Shown: positions 17,501 through 29,412 of the stretch, piece by piece | How positions within the stretch are numbered: the stretch's first letter is position 1 | Layout: the number at the start of each line of letters is the position of its first letter | Assembly (NCBI RefSeq): GCF_003704095.1 | Contig: NW_020845941.1 | Location: 248,001-312,000 of the forward strand | Reading direction: 5' to 3' | Length of the DNA: 64,000 nucleotides | DNA from: Pocillopora damicornis | Lineage: Eukaryota | Notes under the pieces: model-generated | What the model was told of the DNA's origin: nothing | Database searches by the model: none | Seen by the model: only the letters and a program-made list of their open reading frames with translations | Program-made: the position numbers and the translations under genes

Positions 17501-20500
17501 TGTTATTGGAAGAGTTTGGTATGCATGGTTTTCATTATGAAGTATTAATTAGTGTTACAATAGAGTTGTGTAAAGTGGAAGAGTGTCTGAATATGAAATA
17601 ACTTAAACCATAGAAATTAAGGTGTCAAATTTCACAACCTTTGATTCCCCCTGAGTTGCTTAAGTTGAGTCTTAGAGCCAATAAAATCAAAGCTTAACTT
17701 ACCATTCAGTCAACACAAACCAGACTTTCAACACTCAACTAACAACAACTCACAACTTGCACTCAGGCTGTCAAAACATCATTCACCACATATGACAACA
17801 GTCCTTCTCAGGACTACCCTCACCTTGACAATCAGGCAACGCCATCAAAATGAGATTGCTTTACTGTATTGCTTTACTTCAAAATCGGATCAGTAACGCA
17901 TTTTGATCCCCCTAACATTCTCATTTCCAACAACAGTTTTAAGTTCTCTATTATTTTCCTGTCAGAAGTCTTGTTGTGTTCTAGTGTTTTCTGATAATTT
18001 CCTAATGAAGTAAGAAGTCATTGCTGTTTTCTTCTGGTTAGGCGAAGCACACTTTAATGCATATCAAAAGCCTTTGTTGTACTTTCAAGTTTTGTTTTTG
18101 ACCGGGCAGTTTGAAGCAGTAAGTTGTTTTCATTCTAATAACTTTGTCAAAATTCCACTCTAACAGTCTACCTACTTGTTTTTTAATGTCCTGTTCTTTT
18201 TTATACCATGGTTTTTCATACTTGTAACAAGTATGAAACAGGTATAACAACAAGTATAACAAGTATAGACAGGAATAATGAAAAATCTTAGGAGCAGGTG
18301 GGGCAAAATGATACGATTTGTTTGTGGCTAGAAAGTCAAAAGATTGGTTTGCTAGAAACTGACAAACAACAATACTTTCGGCTGGATAGCAATTTATCCA
18401 TTGGATAGCATTATCCACCTAGTCTTTGAACAACTGGACTCAGACGATTGGCGTAAATGATAACCACCCATGGTCTGAGGTTTCCTTTACACCTAAATAC
18501 TTTACTTACTTCCTGTTGTTTTTCCTATCTCAGACTCTTGAAGGTGCTATCATCATTTTATAACTAAAGTATACTTTCTGTCTTACCTTTGTTGCTGTAA
18601 GTATTAGCAACACACTGTCGTATTTTTGTGGGTGGAAAATGCACAGTCCAGGAGTAAAGAGCATTGTCTTGTGATGCTAGAAGTTGTACATCAAATGAGG
18701 AACAGGGTAACAGTGTTAAACCTGTACATGTAACTCATCAGATGATTTACTTTCACTTTGAACAGGCCATAGAATTCTTGTCACGGGCGGAAGCCTTTAG
18801 AAGTCATGCTGTGCACTTCGCCATTGCACTCTTTAAGATGCATGTTATTTTGTTGCCTGAGTCAATCCAAGCACAACTTTGTAAGTACTGTGATTTAAAA
18901 GATGATGAGATAAATTTTTAAAGCTATTTCAAGCATGGATAGATAATTTTTCCCTCGTGCAACATGTGATAGCTTCAAAAGTACTTTGGATCCCTTTTTG
19001 TATGAATAGCCCTAAACCATGGAGTGGGCCCAAAATTTTTGGGCACCACTACTGCACTTTTCTTTCGGCAGACTGGCCCCTCTTATGGTTCCATGAATTT
19101 CATAGTGCTTTATTTTATTCCCCCCTTACATTGGCCTTTTGATATTCCTAATGTTATGCATCAAAGAGTCTGGAAATCATCAGTTGACTCCTTGTTAATA
19201 ATACGCATGTGTTACTGACAATTTTTCAACAATGGTGGGTTTATTTCAGTGACTTCCAGTCCTAGAGATCCTCAACCCAACAGAAGATTGAACTTTGCAC
19301 GTCTGATCATGTCATACACACGGAAATTTGAGGTTACTGATCCAAGAGAAGCTCTTCAATATTTCTTTTTGTTGAGGTGAGTTCAAATTAGAGTTTTGAT
19401 TTCACTCTTCATTGAAATAAGAAAGGATCATTATCCTGAAGGGTTCTCCAACTTAAAGTAATGCTTTCTTTTTTGCATAAAATTCTTTCATTCTAGTAAT
19501 ATCCATTTTCTAAATCAACATATTTTGTTGATAAAAGTGGTATTCTTTTCAATTTTGAAAAGGCCTTCTCTGATAAGCAGCAATTATTTTTTCAGCTCTC
19601 AAACACTTAAAAAACAACAACAACAAAACGTGCTAATCCTTGTGTCACAATGTTCACACCAAGATTTCATTTGCATATTTGTAGAGGAAAAGTAAATTTT
19701 ATTGTTCACATTTTACAAATTTTTCATCATAACTGATTGATTTTTACATCTATTGTAGAGGAATGAACGGACCACAGGGAGAAGACCTCTTCATGTCCTG
19801 TGTAAGTGAACTGGTCTTGGAAACTAGAGAGGTAAGTTGATGATTGATGACTCCATATTGTGGATTGTCTTAAATTGTATTGGCAGATCAACAGTCAGAC
19901 AGACTGACTGACTGTCTGAATGACTGATGGATAAGTAGGTAATTTAGTGTTAACAACTGAGTTGAAAAGGTAAATTGGCCACCATAAAGGGTAAAAAAGC
20001 TGACGTTTCAAGCATTAGCCCTTCATCAAGGCTAACACTCGTGGCCAATTTACGTTTTCAACTCAGTTGTTAACACTAAATTACCTGCTATACTCTCCCA
20101 CCAATGCAGCACCACAGTTTCTATAGAAACTTACCCCCTTTATTCATTTGATAGATAAGTAGACAGACAGACTGGCTGACTGACTGTTTGACTCTTAATA
20201 AGGGGTCATGTTTGTAATATATTTTGAATGTAAGTGTGTGTTTTATTTGATTTACTTTTATTGCTATCATCTTCTGTTCACAAGTATGATAAATTCTCAT
20301 AACACTACTGTAGGCAAAAGATTATTTTAATCTGGAACTAAGACCTTGTGCCTTAAATTACTTAATGAGTTGGCTAAATGACCAAAAGTCCTACTGAGGG
20401 AGTGGACTAAATGCCCAATTGATTGTTTGATATATCAGTCAATAAATCAACTGATTATTATTTCTGTTTTTTAACAGTTTGAAATGCTACTTGGAAAGCT

Positions 20501-23436
20501 AGAACCAGATGGAAAGAGGAAGGTAAGAGATCAGTATTAAGAGAGGTACTAAAAGGAAATGCAATACCTTTTCTTTGCAATTATTTTACTAAGATTCTTT
20601 TACATCTTTAGTTAATACCTATTGTTTCTTTTGTTATACCTTTAGCCTGGTTGTATTGACAAGTTTCTCAGAGATACTACAAAAATCATTGAAGTTGTGG
20701 CAAAGGATTCTGCCGAAAAGGGTTTGTCTGAGGAGGCTGTCAAACTCTTTGATTTAGCCAAGGTACATGTGCACTTATTTTACACAGATATTTCTTTTAC
20801 AAAGGACCAATACTTCCTACATGTTTATTTGTGGACACGAATTTACCTATAAGTTCATGATTCTTTGTTTTTTTATTTTTTTCTATACAACAGAATCATG
20901 ATGGAGCCCTGGAGATCCTGAACAAACTTCTTAGTCAGGTAATGGTGTGAAATCAAGACTTTGATATAATCTAGGGAAGCCATAGATGCTTGTTGGAACA
21001 ATTCACTCCACTCTGGTGCCAAAGGCTGAAAATATAGTGACTATACACTTTACTTTGTAAAACAATTGATTCACCTTTAATACAGAGACTTGAATTAGCA
21101 GAGGAACAATGAAAAATAGCTGGCTTTGGGAATATTTTTTCAAAATTTTTATCCCTATGTTAGTGATATAAGCAGTTGTTTCTGTTCCTGTCCACCCTTT
21201 CAAATTTTTTATGTTGAAAACTTAAAATTAGCTGCGTTTTCACTCTCCACCAACAGAAAGGTTACTATGATCAGCAATTAAAAAGGTAATAATGTCAGAG
21301 TGAGTACCTACCATGTAAGTATCTACTTATTACAAAGAAATATATATTTCCTCATTTCTTTTTAGGTGATTTCAGCATCCAGTGGTGTTCAATCTCAACG
21401 GGATAGACTACATACATTGGCTTTTGACTTAGCACAGAGGTACGTTTGTTTGTAAAAGAAACTAGGTCTGGTGTGCTTTCTGGTACACATGTCATTTTTC
21501 AAGTCAGTGTGCACGGTGTACAATCAAATATGTAGGTATCACAGAGTATGAATTTGTTTCTATAGAAATAGCAAGGTTCTGACATTGTTACACCTCATGA
21601 GATGAATCAAATTTACCTTTGGGATTTTATTTGTAAACATGTATTCATATGCATGACTTGATCTGTTGTTTGTGTAGCTTAAAGCAGTGCAATCAGATGG
21701 TTAGTGCCACTTAAACACAAGAGCAGAGCTCATTAGCACTAATCCGAGCCAACATAAGTTATTTAATAAATGTCATGTATTTGTGATTTAAAATTGCCAC
21801 ATTTCATGCCTTATGAGTCAATACTTTGTTCTATTTTTGCCTATAGATACAGAACATCGGGTCATTCAGCAAGCCAAAGTAGAATAGGCACATTTTTCCT
21901 CTTGTTGGATCTTATGCAGTTCTTTGATCTCTACCATGCTGGCCAACATGACACTGCTTTAGATGTGAGTTTTGTATTTGAACAGATATTGGCAGGGGTT
22001 TTTGTACATCTCCTGCTTTTAGAAATCTGTTACAGAACATATAAACAACAAGCTAAGGCCATCAATATCTTACATAGATTGTGTACCATTGGGAATCTTT
22101 TTCAAGTCAGTGCACTTTACCCACTTTTTTCTTATTTCTCTGTAATTTGTTCACCTGAAACAAATTGGCTGTTTCTTGATCCTTCTATTTTTTTTCCTTT
22201 TTGAAAATTGGAAATTCTTCAAAAGTAGCTGAAGGGGAATTACTCAGTGAATAAATGGTAATGATTTCTACTTGCTACAACCATACAATTGGCATTTTTT
22301 TTCTAATTTTCTGGTTGAGAGTAATCCTGAAATGGACTGACTGATATCAGTGGTAGTGAGTTATGTTGGACAACTTTAGCTGAAGTCATCATTAGAGTTA
22401 AGCATAAGAGGCAGCCATCCAAGTCAAATAACACTATGACCTCCATTCAGGTTGTTAAGTCTACAGCCCTTCTTGCCAACAACAGAGGGTTTCAAGGACA
22501 GCCTTGCCTCGTTGGTGTTCAGACTACACTAGCAACTGCTATTCCTGAGTTCAAACCATTTACAGTTTAGTTTAATGTCTTTCTCACAGGTCATGCAGAA
22601 GCTAAGACTAGTTCCATTGGGGATTGAAGCAGTAGAGGAAAGAGTGACAGCTTTCAGGCAGTACAATGATGAAGTAGGGAAATGAAGAAGAAAAAAGACT
22701 GTTTAGGGTCACAACTTCTACATTTGAATGTATTTTCTTCAGTAAATTACTCCTACCAAAGTTGTCTAAAGTTGTTGTCTATGAACATTCTTCCAGTTCC
22801 TTGGCATCCATTACCTTTAAATCAAATGTTGGATAAAAGATTGAAATTACTTTTCTTAAACTGAGTCATTTCTGTCCTGGTGAACTGTTTTAGAGTTGAT
22901 TTTTCATTTGCAATGATATTTGCTTATTCGTGATTTTTCCTTGACGTGTGAAGTAATAATTGTGTTCATCTGTTGTTCGAGCAGATACGACGAAACTTAC
23001 CAGATGTGCTTCTAGCAACCATGAACATCCTGTACACAAAGTATCGTAACGCTAGGTAAGTGATTTCACTTGTGATAATTCCACTTAGTATTTGGTGTTA
23101 TTGTTTTCTGACTCGATGAGATCCTTTTTGGTCCATCCTCATCCCTTTTCATATGTCAGTTAGGTTAGTAGAGTAGGCAGACCATTTGCTCGTCTCCACG
23201 GTGGCGCAGGCACAATTCCTGAACCAAGTGTTTCGGGGAGTTTGAATTTTGGTTCGTTTTGATCTTTGCTAAGAGAATTTTCTCCTGATTCTTCAGTCTA
23301 CATCCCATCGGAATTCAACTCTGCAAATTTCAGTGCAACTTGTAATCAGAGAACGCAGATCCGTTCTATGGATGTGCTACTGCTTAATTGTGTTGATGTT
23401 TTTTTGTAATATTTACTCGGACGTTTATTTATTTAC

Positions 23437-23471
<35 letters not shown>

Positions 23472-24029
23472 TTCAGAGGGAGTGGTCAGAGTCCTCTGAC
23501 TGGTAGTCAGAGAAATCTGAGAGATGATGGTGGACAAGAGAGGGTAAGGCTGCTTCACTACAATAATTTGCATTGCTGGCTCAGCAAGAACTGGTTCACT
23601 CAGCCAGTGATATATTTAGTTTCATTCGCGTAATGAGATGGGAAGAATGGGCTCATTACTCCCCTCCCTGGACAGATTTGCAGGTTGCCTTGACATCTGA
23701 TTGATGCCCATTTACACTCCTGGCTAGAAAGGAATTATGGGTTCAAACCTGGATCACTCGATCCTCTCGTGTGTGTGACCAATGTGCACGATCCTTAAAG
23801 TACTACCTCTATATACTGTTACACATAAACTTGACTTGTAAGTTTTCAGTGGGAGATTGCATCCTGTTTAAGCTCTTGGTCAATGGTAAAGTTATCTGAT
23901 CTCTTTCAGTTTCGCGATATTTTGAGGCGCCAAGCGCGAGCCCTGATCACCTTTGCGGGATTAATTCCGTACCGTCTTCCTGGAGACACGAACGCACGGC
24001 TGGTGCAGATGGAAGTCCTTATGAACTGA
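11585..24029 (+). CDS. NUP93: Nuclear pore complex protein Nup93 (about 27 coding exons; first 11585-11757, 12944-13061, 13183-13245, 13347-13475; last ~23910-24029)
   Basis: N-terminus [32 protein letters not shown]; exon 2 ...[31 protein letters not shown]; internal segments [50 protein letters not shown]; C-terminus [27 protein letters not shown]. All are characteristic of Nup93. Confidence 0.97.
11851..12260. mobile_element. MITE with ~23 bp TIRs and an ATCGAT-rich interior (NUP93 intron 1)
   Basis: Left end aggacttgaacaatcgatgaaat versus reverse complement of the right end aggacctggacaatcaatgaaat. The interior is made of degenerate ATCGAT/ATCAAT repeats. Confidence 0.7.
13939..14581. 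mobile_element. piggyBac-like MITE interrupted by a Penelope-like insertion
   Basis: Same family as 2971-3179. The sequence breaks at 14097 and resumes at 14521. Confidence 0.75.
14098..14520 (+). mobile_element. 5'-truncated Penelope-like element (GIY-YIG C-terminus plus inverted terminal segment)
   Basis: The ORF fragment [35 protein letters not shown] resembles the end of the Penelope GIY-YIG domain. Perfect 50 bp inverted repeat at 14134-14183 / 14471-14520; 12 bp TSD aagaattttatg at 14086-14097 and 14521-14532. Confidence 0.85.
15040..15236. mobile_element. MITE remnant ending GGGTTAA; same family as 56966-57172
   Basis: Shared blocks ...gaatcac...ggtcatgagagtaaaggaaatgatcac...gagaacagtatggagaatat...gaagggttaa. 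Confidence 0.55.
19939..20148. mobile_element. Penelope-like terminal remnant with a ~49 bp inverted repeat and a decayed hammerhead-like core
   Basis: Inverted repeat at 19934-19982 / 20041-20089. The minus strand reads ttgatgaagggctaatgcttgaaacgtcagc. Approximate 14 bp TSD tgat(g/a)gataagtag, within a GACT/GACA microsatellite. Confidence 0.6.
23170..23475 (+). mobile_element. Degenerate SINE with (TTTA)n tail in a NUP93 intron
   Basis: Resembles common cnidarian SINE bodies (...tatggatgtgctactgc...) and ends in an (attt)n tail. Confidence 0.5.
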
Positions 24030-25396
24030 TACTTTATTCCAATGGTTTCCGATGTGCTGTAAGTTCAGTACTGAATAGGAATTGATAGACGAAAGACCTC
24101 AGGCGCGGGTATAATCCATCGTTGTTTTCAACCTCTGTAAAAGCAGTTTTAACCTAGGGAGAGTTGTTGTGATTTATCGGTAGGTTTTCTCTGTAAGTGT
24201 TATTAGCCTGAACACAAAAACGAAATTGAATTGTGACAGCCATAGTCTGCCTGGTGACGCCTTGAACCACAAAGTGCATGAGGACTAAGAAGACTTAAAG
24301 CGCTTGATACTTCTTTTGAAAAACTCTACCCAACGGTTACTATGTCTAAAAGCGTGCGAGCAGAGTTCTGCCAAACGTCTCGTAGAAAGTTTTGATGGGG
24401 AGCTCAAGATTTTTGTGTTGAGATTTACGTGTGAAATTCCCGTTCTTATCTTTCAGGCTGAAGAGGCAAGGAGACTAAAGTAAAGACTAGATTTCTCTTT
24501 TAATTGTAATCTTCTCAACACTGTTCAACTTAATGTTCTTGATTAATTAAAAAAAAGTGTTCCTGGTTATCTCTTGATTATCTCGCTTTGAACAGCTAAT
24601 TGAGTTTATTATTTCTAACCTTCTCACGGCCGAGCTTGTGATATAAATGTCGTTACTTGGACTTTCACCCAACGTTTTTTTCAGTTACTGCGTGACAATG
24701 ATGACCCTAGAAACAGTCATCGAAAAGCTAGCTAAAAAAAAACTCTTCGAGTATCAAATCCTGGCACGACTGTCGCGGTGTGAATATTAAAACTCGCGGC
24801 GCATCCTAAACTCTAACATTAAGAATTCATGATGGAAGTCGTTCTCTAAGATCATAGAAATTTTAGTGTGTGGCTCGTTTGCGTTTTTCAAACGATTTGA
24901 TGAGCCATTTTGGAGGAGTAAATTATAGGAAATAAGAACCAAGTAGAACAAAGGCTATGATGGGCATGTAAATAAAAATATACTAAATGTTATCAATTTT
25001 AACGTACACCCTTCAAATGTCTTTGTACCGTTCAACAATTTGCTTTGGTGATTTGTTAATGCAAATTTTGCGAGCTGCAGCCATCTGGAACAATGGCTGT
25101 CAAGTCCTAGAAGACATGTATATAAGATGTCTGACGCACTAAATCGGTCTTCTTTGTAATCAGAGTAATGTGAGGCATTCTGCCAACAGTTTCGTCCGCC
25201 TCTGCTGATAATTCGATAGATAAGCTTTGACCCGATCACTGACCAGAAATGATGGTCCAATTTAAGTTTATCTGCGTCGTGGTGTATTTACACTTCCACA
25301 CTACTATTTTAACGGCATTATAAGGACATAAGGCCCACCCTCTTGACTCTTACTGAACGACTCAAAAGAATGCTACGTCAACTGTGTGTATCACAG

Positions 25397-28300
25397 CTAT
25401 ATAGACGATAGTGTGCTCCTTGGCGTTGGTATCGGCGGTTTTCCGTGTGAGCGATTAGGTAATCTTTTTAAATCTTTCACTGTGAATGGGTCCCTGGAAT
25501 CTTGCACGAGATTTTGATGCGAAGCCATATTAGGTTCCCCGCTTGCTTGACTGATATTGACGTAGGGAGGTTTATCCTTTCTCGTAATCTCATTCGGGGC
25601 AGGAAAAGAGCTTGGGCCATGTGCGTTGACAAGGTCCTCGGAAAGACTCCTCTGCCTCTCCTGTGATGGTGCTAGATTGACGTACGGCACGCGATTAACT
25701 TCCAGGAGCTTCCTTCTCAGAATTTCGATCAATTCCATTAATTCATCCGTGGTCCACTTCGTTTGCTGAATGGTCTTTTTAAGCTCACTTTTCATCTCGC
25801 ATTCATTCAATTCCACGCCGAAGGTGCTAGTGAAGTGAGTTCTGTACGACCAACACGTTTCGTTGGAATCTCCAGGATTTGGCCCATTTTCGTCGTTTTC
25901 TCGTCTGCTGCTGCCATGACTTCGCCCATTTTCGCGCTGTGAAGCACGGTCGAGTGGCATTACGGATTCTGCGTCAGTTGGTTCAATCGCAAAATGTGGA
26001 GATCTGTCGTGTGGTATTTCTGGTCTTCTTCCGTAGGTTTCCCCTTCACAATTTTCACTTATTTCTTGTTCTCTTGGATTTTGGTTCAGCCAAGTTGGGG
26101 TAGCTTGTCTTAAGGCGAAGGTTTCTGGCGCAGGCGAGCTCTGTTCAGATGTATTTGCTTGTGTGTGTGGTGCTCTTTCTTTCCCCGTTTGCTCTGGGAA
26201 CACGTTTCGAGGATTTTGTTCCTCAACCTCATTTTCTGTTTCCGAAGATCCTCCGCTTTCGAATTCTCTCAATCCCGTTTCCTGGGCGTTCACCGACTTA
26301 TTGCTATTCTTGGGTTTGGTCCCTGTGGCCAAGTTCTTTGATCTTTGATTTTGCAGGCGATTTATCTGGACGAGGGCTCTGTCTAATTTTGCCTGTGTCT
26401 CCAAATACTTTTTAATGTTAGTCATGGACTCGAAGTCATCATCGCGTGGACTAGATATCAAAATGTTGTCGCAAGAAGCAGCTTTTCTCGGTGGAATTCT
26501 CACCGAGTTGCTTTTTTCCTTCGGAGCCTGTTCTTTCTTTCTTCCCGCCCTGCTAGGATCTTGGCGGAACATTCTTGGCATTAACGTCAGCGACTGAAAG
26601 AACTTTCTCTTTGTGCTCTCTCCATTCATGCGGTGTTCTTCTTTGCTTTTTGCTCCAAGACTCGGTAATGAAATTTCGTTATCGTTTTCTGTGTGTTCAA
26701 AGAACATCTTTTTGGAACAATCAGGGTCGAGGTCATCGAAATTGTTGTTTTCCTCGTCACTTTGTTCAGAGGAGGCTTCCTCATCTTTCTGCATATTATG
26801 CTTTTTATTTGTATTTGCCTCGCTAGATTCAAAGTTCAAATCCAGATCGGCCTCCTTTTCTCTCGAACTTAGGGGGTCGTCTGTTGCCTCAGGAAGTGCT
26901 CCGTGTTCGCGGCGTGGTAAATCAGATCCTGTTTGCGCCGGTCGTAAAACGCGCACTGAGAATTGCTCGCGTTTTCTTTCAACTGGTAAACCTTCATCTG
27001 AAGGCACATTTGCATTTCTGTCGACGGATGGTTCGTAAGCTTTTCTTTTTGTGAAGGATGCCAAGAACAGAGGTTCTTCACTTTCATAGGGAATGTCTCC
27101 TGAAATTTGCATTTTACAGTTTACGTCGCCTACGTCGCTGTGTTTTGACCCTTCCTGCGGTTGTGACATGTCCTCTAGTAGCTTAACACAGCTCTGGCTC
27201 GGTGGTAAACTATCATCATTTAAGTCATTCGTCAGACTTTGTTCAGATAATACTACCTGCTTGTCTATTGTTTCAAAAGAATTTTCTTCCATTTCAGTTT
27301 CTTGTTTGTTGTCAAAATTCTTTGTTAAGTCCTCCTGGGAAGAAGCATGGGATCGTGTTGCAATCAAGGCCACCTTTGGCGGAAGGGGAGGTGCTTTCAT
27401 TTCCGAGAAGCTCTCTGGCTGAAACTTCTGAAAGCCTTTCTCCTTCGTTGCAGTTTCTTTTTTCATAGAGGGAGGATCAAGGGCAAACTCGAAGCCGACT
27501 CGTGAAACTTGCCTTTCTGTTGTTTCTATTCCTTGTGCGCAATCGAAAGGGAAACAAAAATGCTGTAACGACTCCAAAGAGCACCTCTTCACGGGATCAC
27601 TCGTAAAGGAAATACAGTTTGTGTTTGATAACTCATGTAGAACTGTTTCATTCGGTAATGCTTCTAGCAGCTTCTCGAATTCAGCTCCCCAGCGAGAAGT
27701 AAACCTCTCTCGAGACATACACTGGGCAACATTCATGTCTAGTGTCGATGGGAACATTAAAAGAATATTCTGTTCGCGAGTCGAAATGGCATAAACTACT
27801 TCTTCTTCAATCTCGCACTCCACGAGAATCTTTCCGAATATTGACCTCTGCTTTGCTCGAGGGTGTTCTGAAGAGCCGTCAACCATAGCTTTATTTCCAT
27901 AAGACACAACACGGACATTAACTGGAAGTGTGCAGTTCTGTAGAACCTCGTCTGTAGTAAATATTCCATGATTAGCGAGGACCTGAAACCTTCCTTCCAG
28001 GGTCAGAGGTAAATCCACTTGTACGGGATCTTTTAAGTTTACGATGAAACATCGTACAGTACTAAGGTTTAAATACGGGGGGTCTCGACTGATTTGCAAT
28101 ATATCTCCAGCGAGGAGGCCGAACAAAGGAACGTTCTCGACAATTCGAATGAACGCCGCAGAAGGAAGTTTTGCAATCGCGTCCAAAGTGGTGAACTCAT
28201 CTTGGGAATGTTCTGACACCAACTCTAACTTCAAATCACTTATTCTTGGCAAGCAGAGCGTTCTCCCACTACTTGAATGCTTTGCTTTTACTTTCCTCTC

Positions 28301-28486
28301 TCTTTCCACTTTGTAGATGATCAGTACGTCTCCAGTTTTAATGCTTTGATTCGCGGAGGTTCCACAAAATCCTTTGTCGACCTGGACCATCTGTGGAAGC
28401 TCAGACACATTTCGTGCGATGAATTCTTCAAGAGACATAACATGCGCCTCGCTGCTCAATGGCAGTGATAGTGATGGTTTTTCCAT
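25397..28486 (-). CDS. CABIT-domain adaptor 1 (Themis/GAREM-like, no SAM), 1029 aa, single exon
   Basis: N-terminal LEEFIARNVSELPQMVQVDKG and the CABIT core VRC-x10-VDLPLTLEGRF, followed by LPVNVRV. The long disordered tail has PPLPPK, two YVN motifs and PIPTPR. Confidence 0.88.
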   Translation of the reverse strand: MEKPSLSLPLSSEAHVMSLEEFIARNVSELPQMVQVDKGFCGTSANQSIKTGDVLIIYKVERERKVKAKHSSSGRTLCLPRISDLKLELVSEHSQDEFTTLDAIAKLPSAAFIRIVENVPLFGLLAGDILQISRDPPYLNLSTVRCFIVNLKDPVQVDLPLTLEGRFQVLANHGIFTTDEVLQNCTLPVNVRVVSYGNKAMVDGSSEHPRAKQRSIFGKILVECEIEEEVVYAISTREQNILLMFPSTLDMNVAQCMSRERFTSRWGAEFEKLLEALPNETVLHELSNTNCISFTSDPVKRCSLESLQHFCFPFDCAQGIETTERQVSRVGFEFALDPPSMKKETATKEKGFQKFQPESFSEMKAPPLPPKVALIATRSHASSQEDLTKNFDNKQETEMEENSFETIDKQVVLSEQSLTNDLNDDSLPPSQSCVKLLEDMSQPQEGSKHSDVGDVNCKMQISGDIPYESEEPLFLASFTKRKAYEPSVDRNANVPSDEGLPVERKREQFSVRVLRPAQTGSDLPRREHGALPEATDDPLSSREKEADLDLNFESSEANTNKKHNMQKDEEASSEQSDEENNNFDDLDPDCSKKMFFEHTENDNEISLPSLGAKSKEEHRMNGESTKRKFFQSLTLMPRMFRQDPSRAGRKKEQAPKEKSNSVRIPPRKAASCDNILISSPRDDDFESMTNIKKYLETQAKLDRALVQINRLQNQRSKNLATGTKPKNSNKSVNAQETGLREFESGGSSETENEVEEQNPRNVFPEQTGKERAPHTQANTSEQSSPAPETFALRQATPTWLNQNPREQEISENCEGETYGRRPEIPHDRSPHFAIEPTDAESVMPLDRASQRENGRSHGSSRRENDENGPNPGDSNETCWSYRTHFTSTFGVELNECEMKSELKKTIQQTKWTTDELMELIEILRRKLLEVNRVPYVNLAPSQERQRSLSEDLVNAHGPSSFPAPNEITRKDKPPYVNISQASGEPNMASHQNLVQDSRDPFTVKDLKRLPNRSHGKPPIPTPRSTLSSI

Positions 28487-29055
28487 CCTTATTACAAGTG
28501 TTTCGAGTTATGCTAAACGTATTTGCCAAAACGAACTAAATTACCCGATGCATAATGACTTGTTATTAGTATTGTGGTCAAATCACACTTCATCGACTTT
28601 ATTTAGAGTATGACTTTATTAACAACCCATTCATTGAGGTCAGGGGTCGTCTTCTCGGAAAGATCCAGTGGATGGAAATATATTTATTCTAAGAAGAACA
28701 ATATTTGCTGATAGTATCCCTTGTTGTTTTGTTTCGCCCTTTCACGGAATAAAGTTTCTACCGATATCTGACTGATCTTAAATTCCGAGATGCGCGATGA
28801 TTCTTCTTATGTAGCTCAGCAACCCTCAACACTCTGAAGATCATAAGATCTGTGTATGCAGTCTGTCCTTTATTGTTACACCTTTCCGGCAAGCCAAGAG
28901 ATAACTGTCTAAAAACTACACTGCATAGATGACAAAGGTTTCGTGGATCGACCTTTTTTCTTCCGCTTTACTTCACTGCTTTTCGAACCCGTGTCACAGC
29001 TCTCATGATTAGTCATTAGGGAGCACAATCGCGGTATTATCATCAAGCGTTCTTG

Positions 29056-29412
29056 TTAAAATCTCATAGTGTTTGTTCACTGTAATTCAGCAGCGCTGCC
29101 TTCATCAACACAGTAATTGGAGACATAAATCTTGTTTTATTATAAGTTTCTTACTAATCCAAGTCTTAACAGGATTTTTGCTTCGGTTTAGGTGTGTTCA
29201 GGAAATCGCAGTGATGAGATAATTAGCGTAGAAACAATGACCGGAAGTGAGTACGATTCTCAGAAACGGTAGTATTTTAGGACTGCGTTATCCTTCGTAA
29301 GTGTTTTTATATTTAAACAAAGTAATGATTACAAGAAATACTCATACAAACACCCAGCAGGCGTCAAGCGAATGATCACAGAATTTTTTTTCAAAACTTT
29401 CAAACAAAGGAA
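29056..29412. repeat. Non-coding direct duplication, copy 1 (copy 2 at ~31099-31354)
   Basis: The blocks ttaaaatctcatagt...cagcagcgctgccttcatcaacacagtaattg and caatgaccgg...ttcaaacaaaggaa appear in both copies. Copy 1 has about 100 extra bp. Confidence 0.9.
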
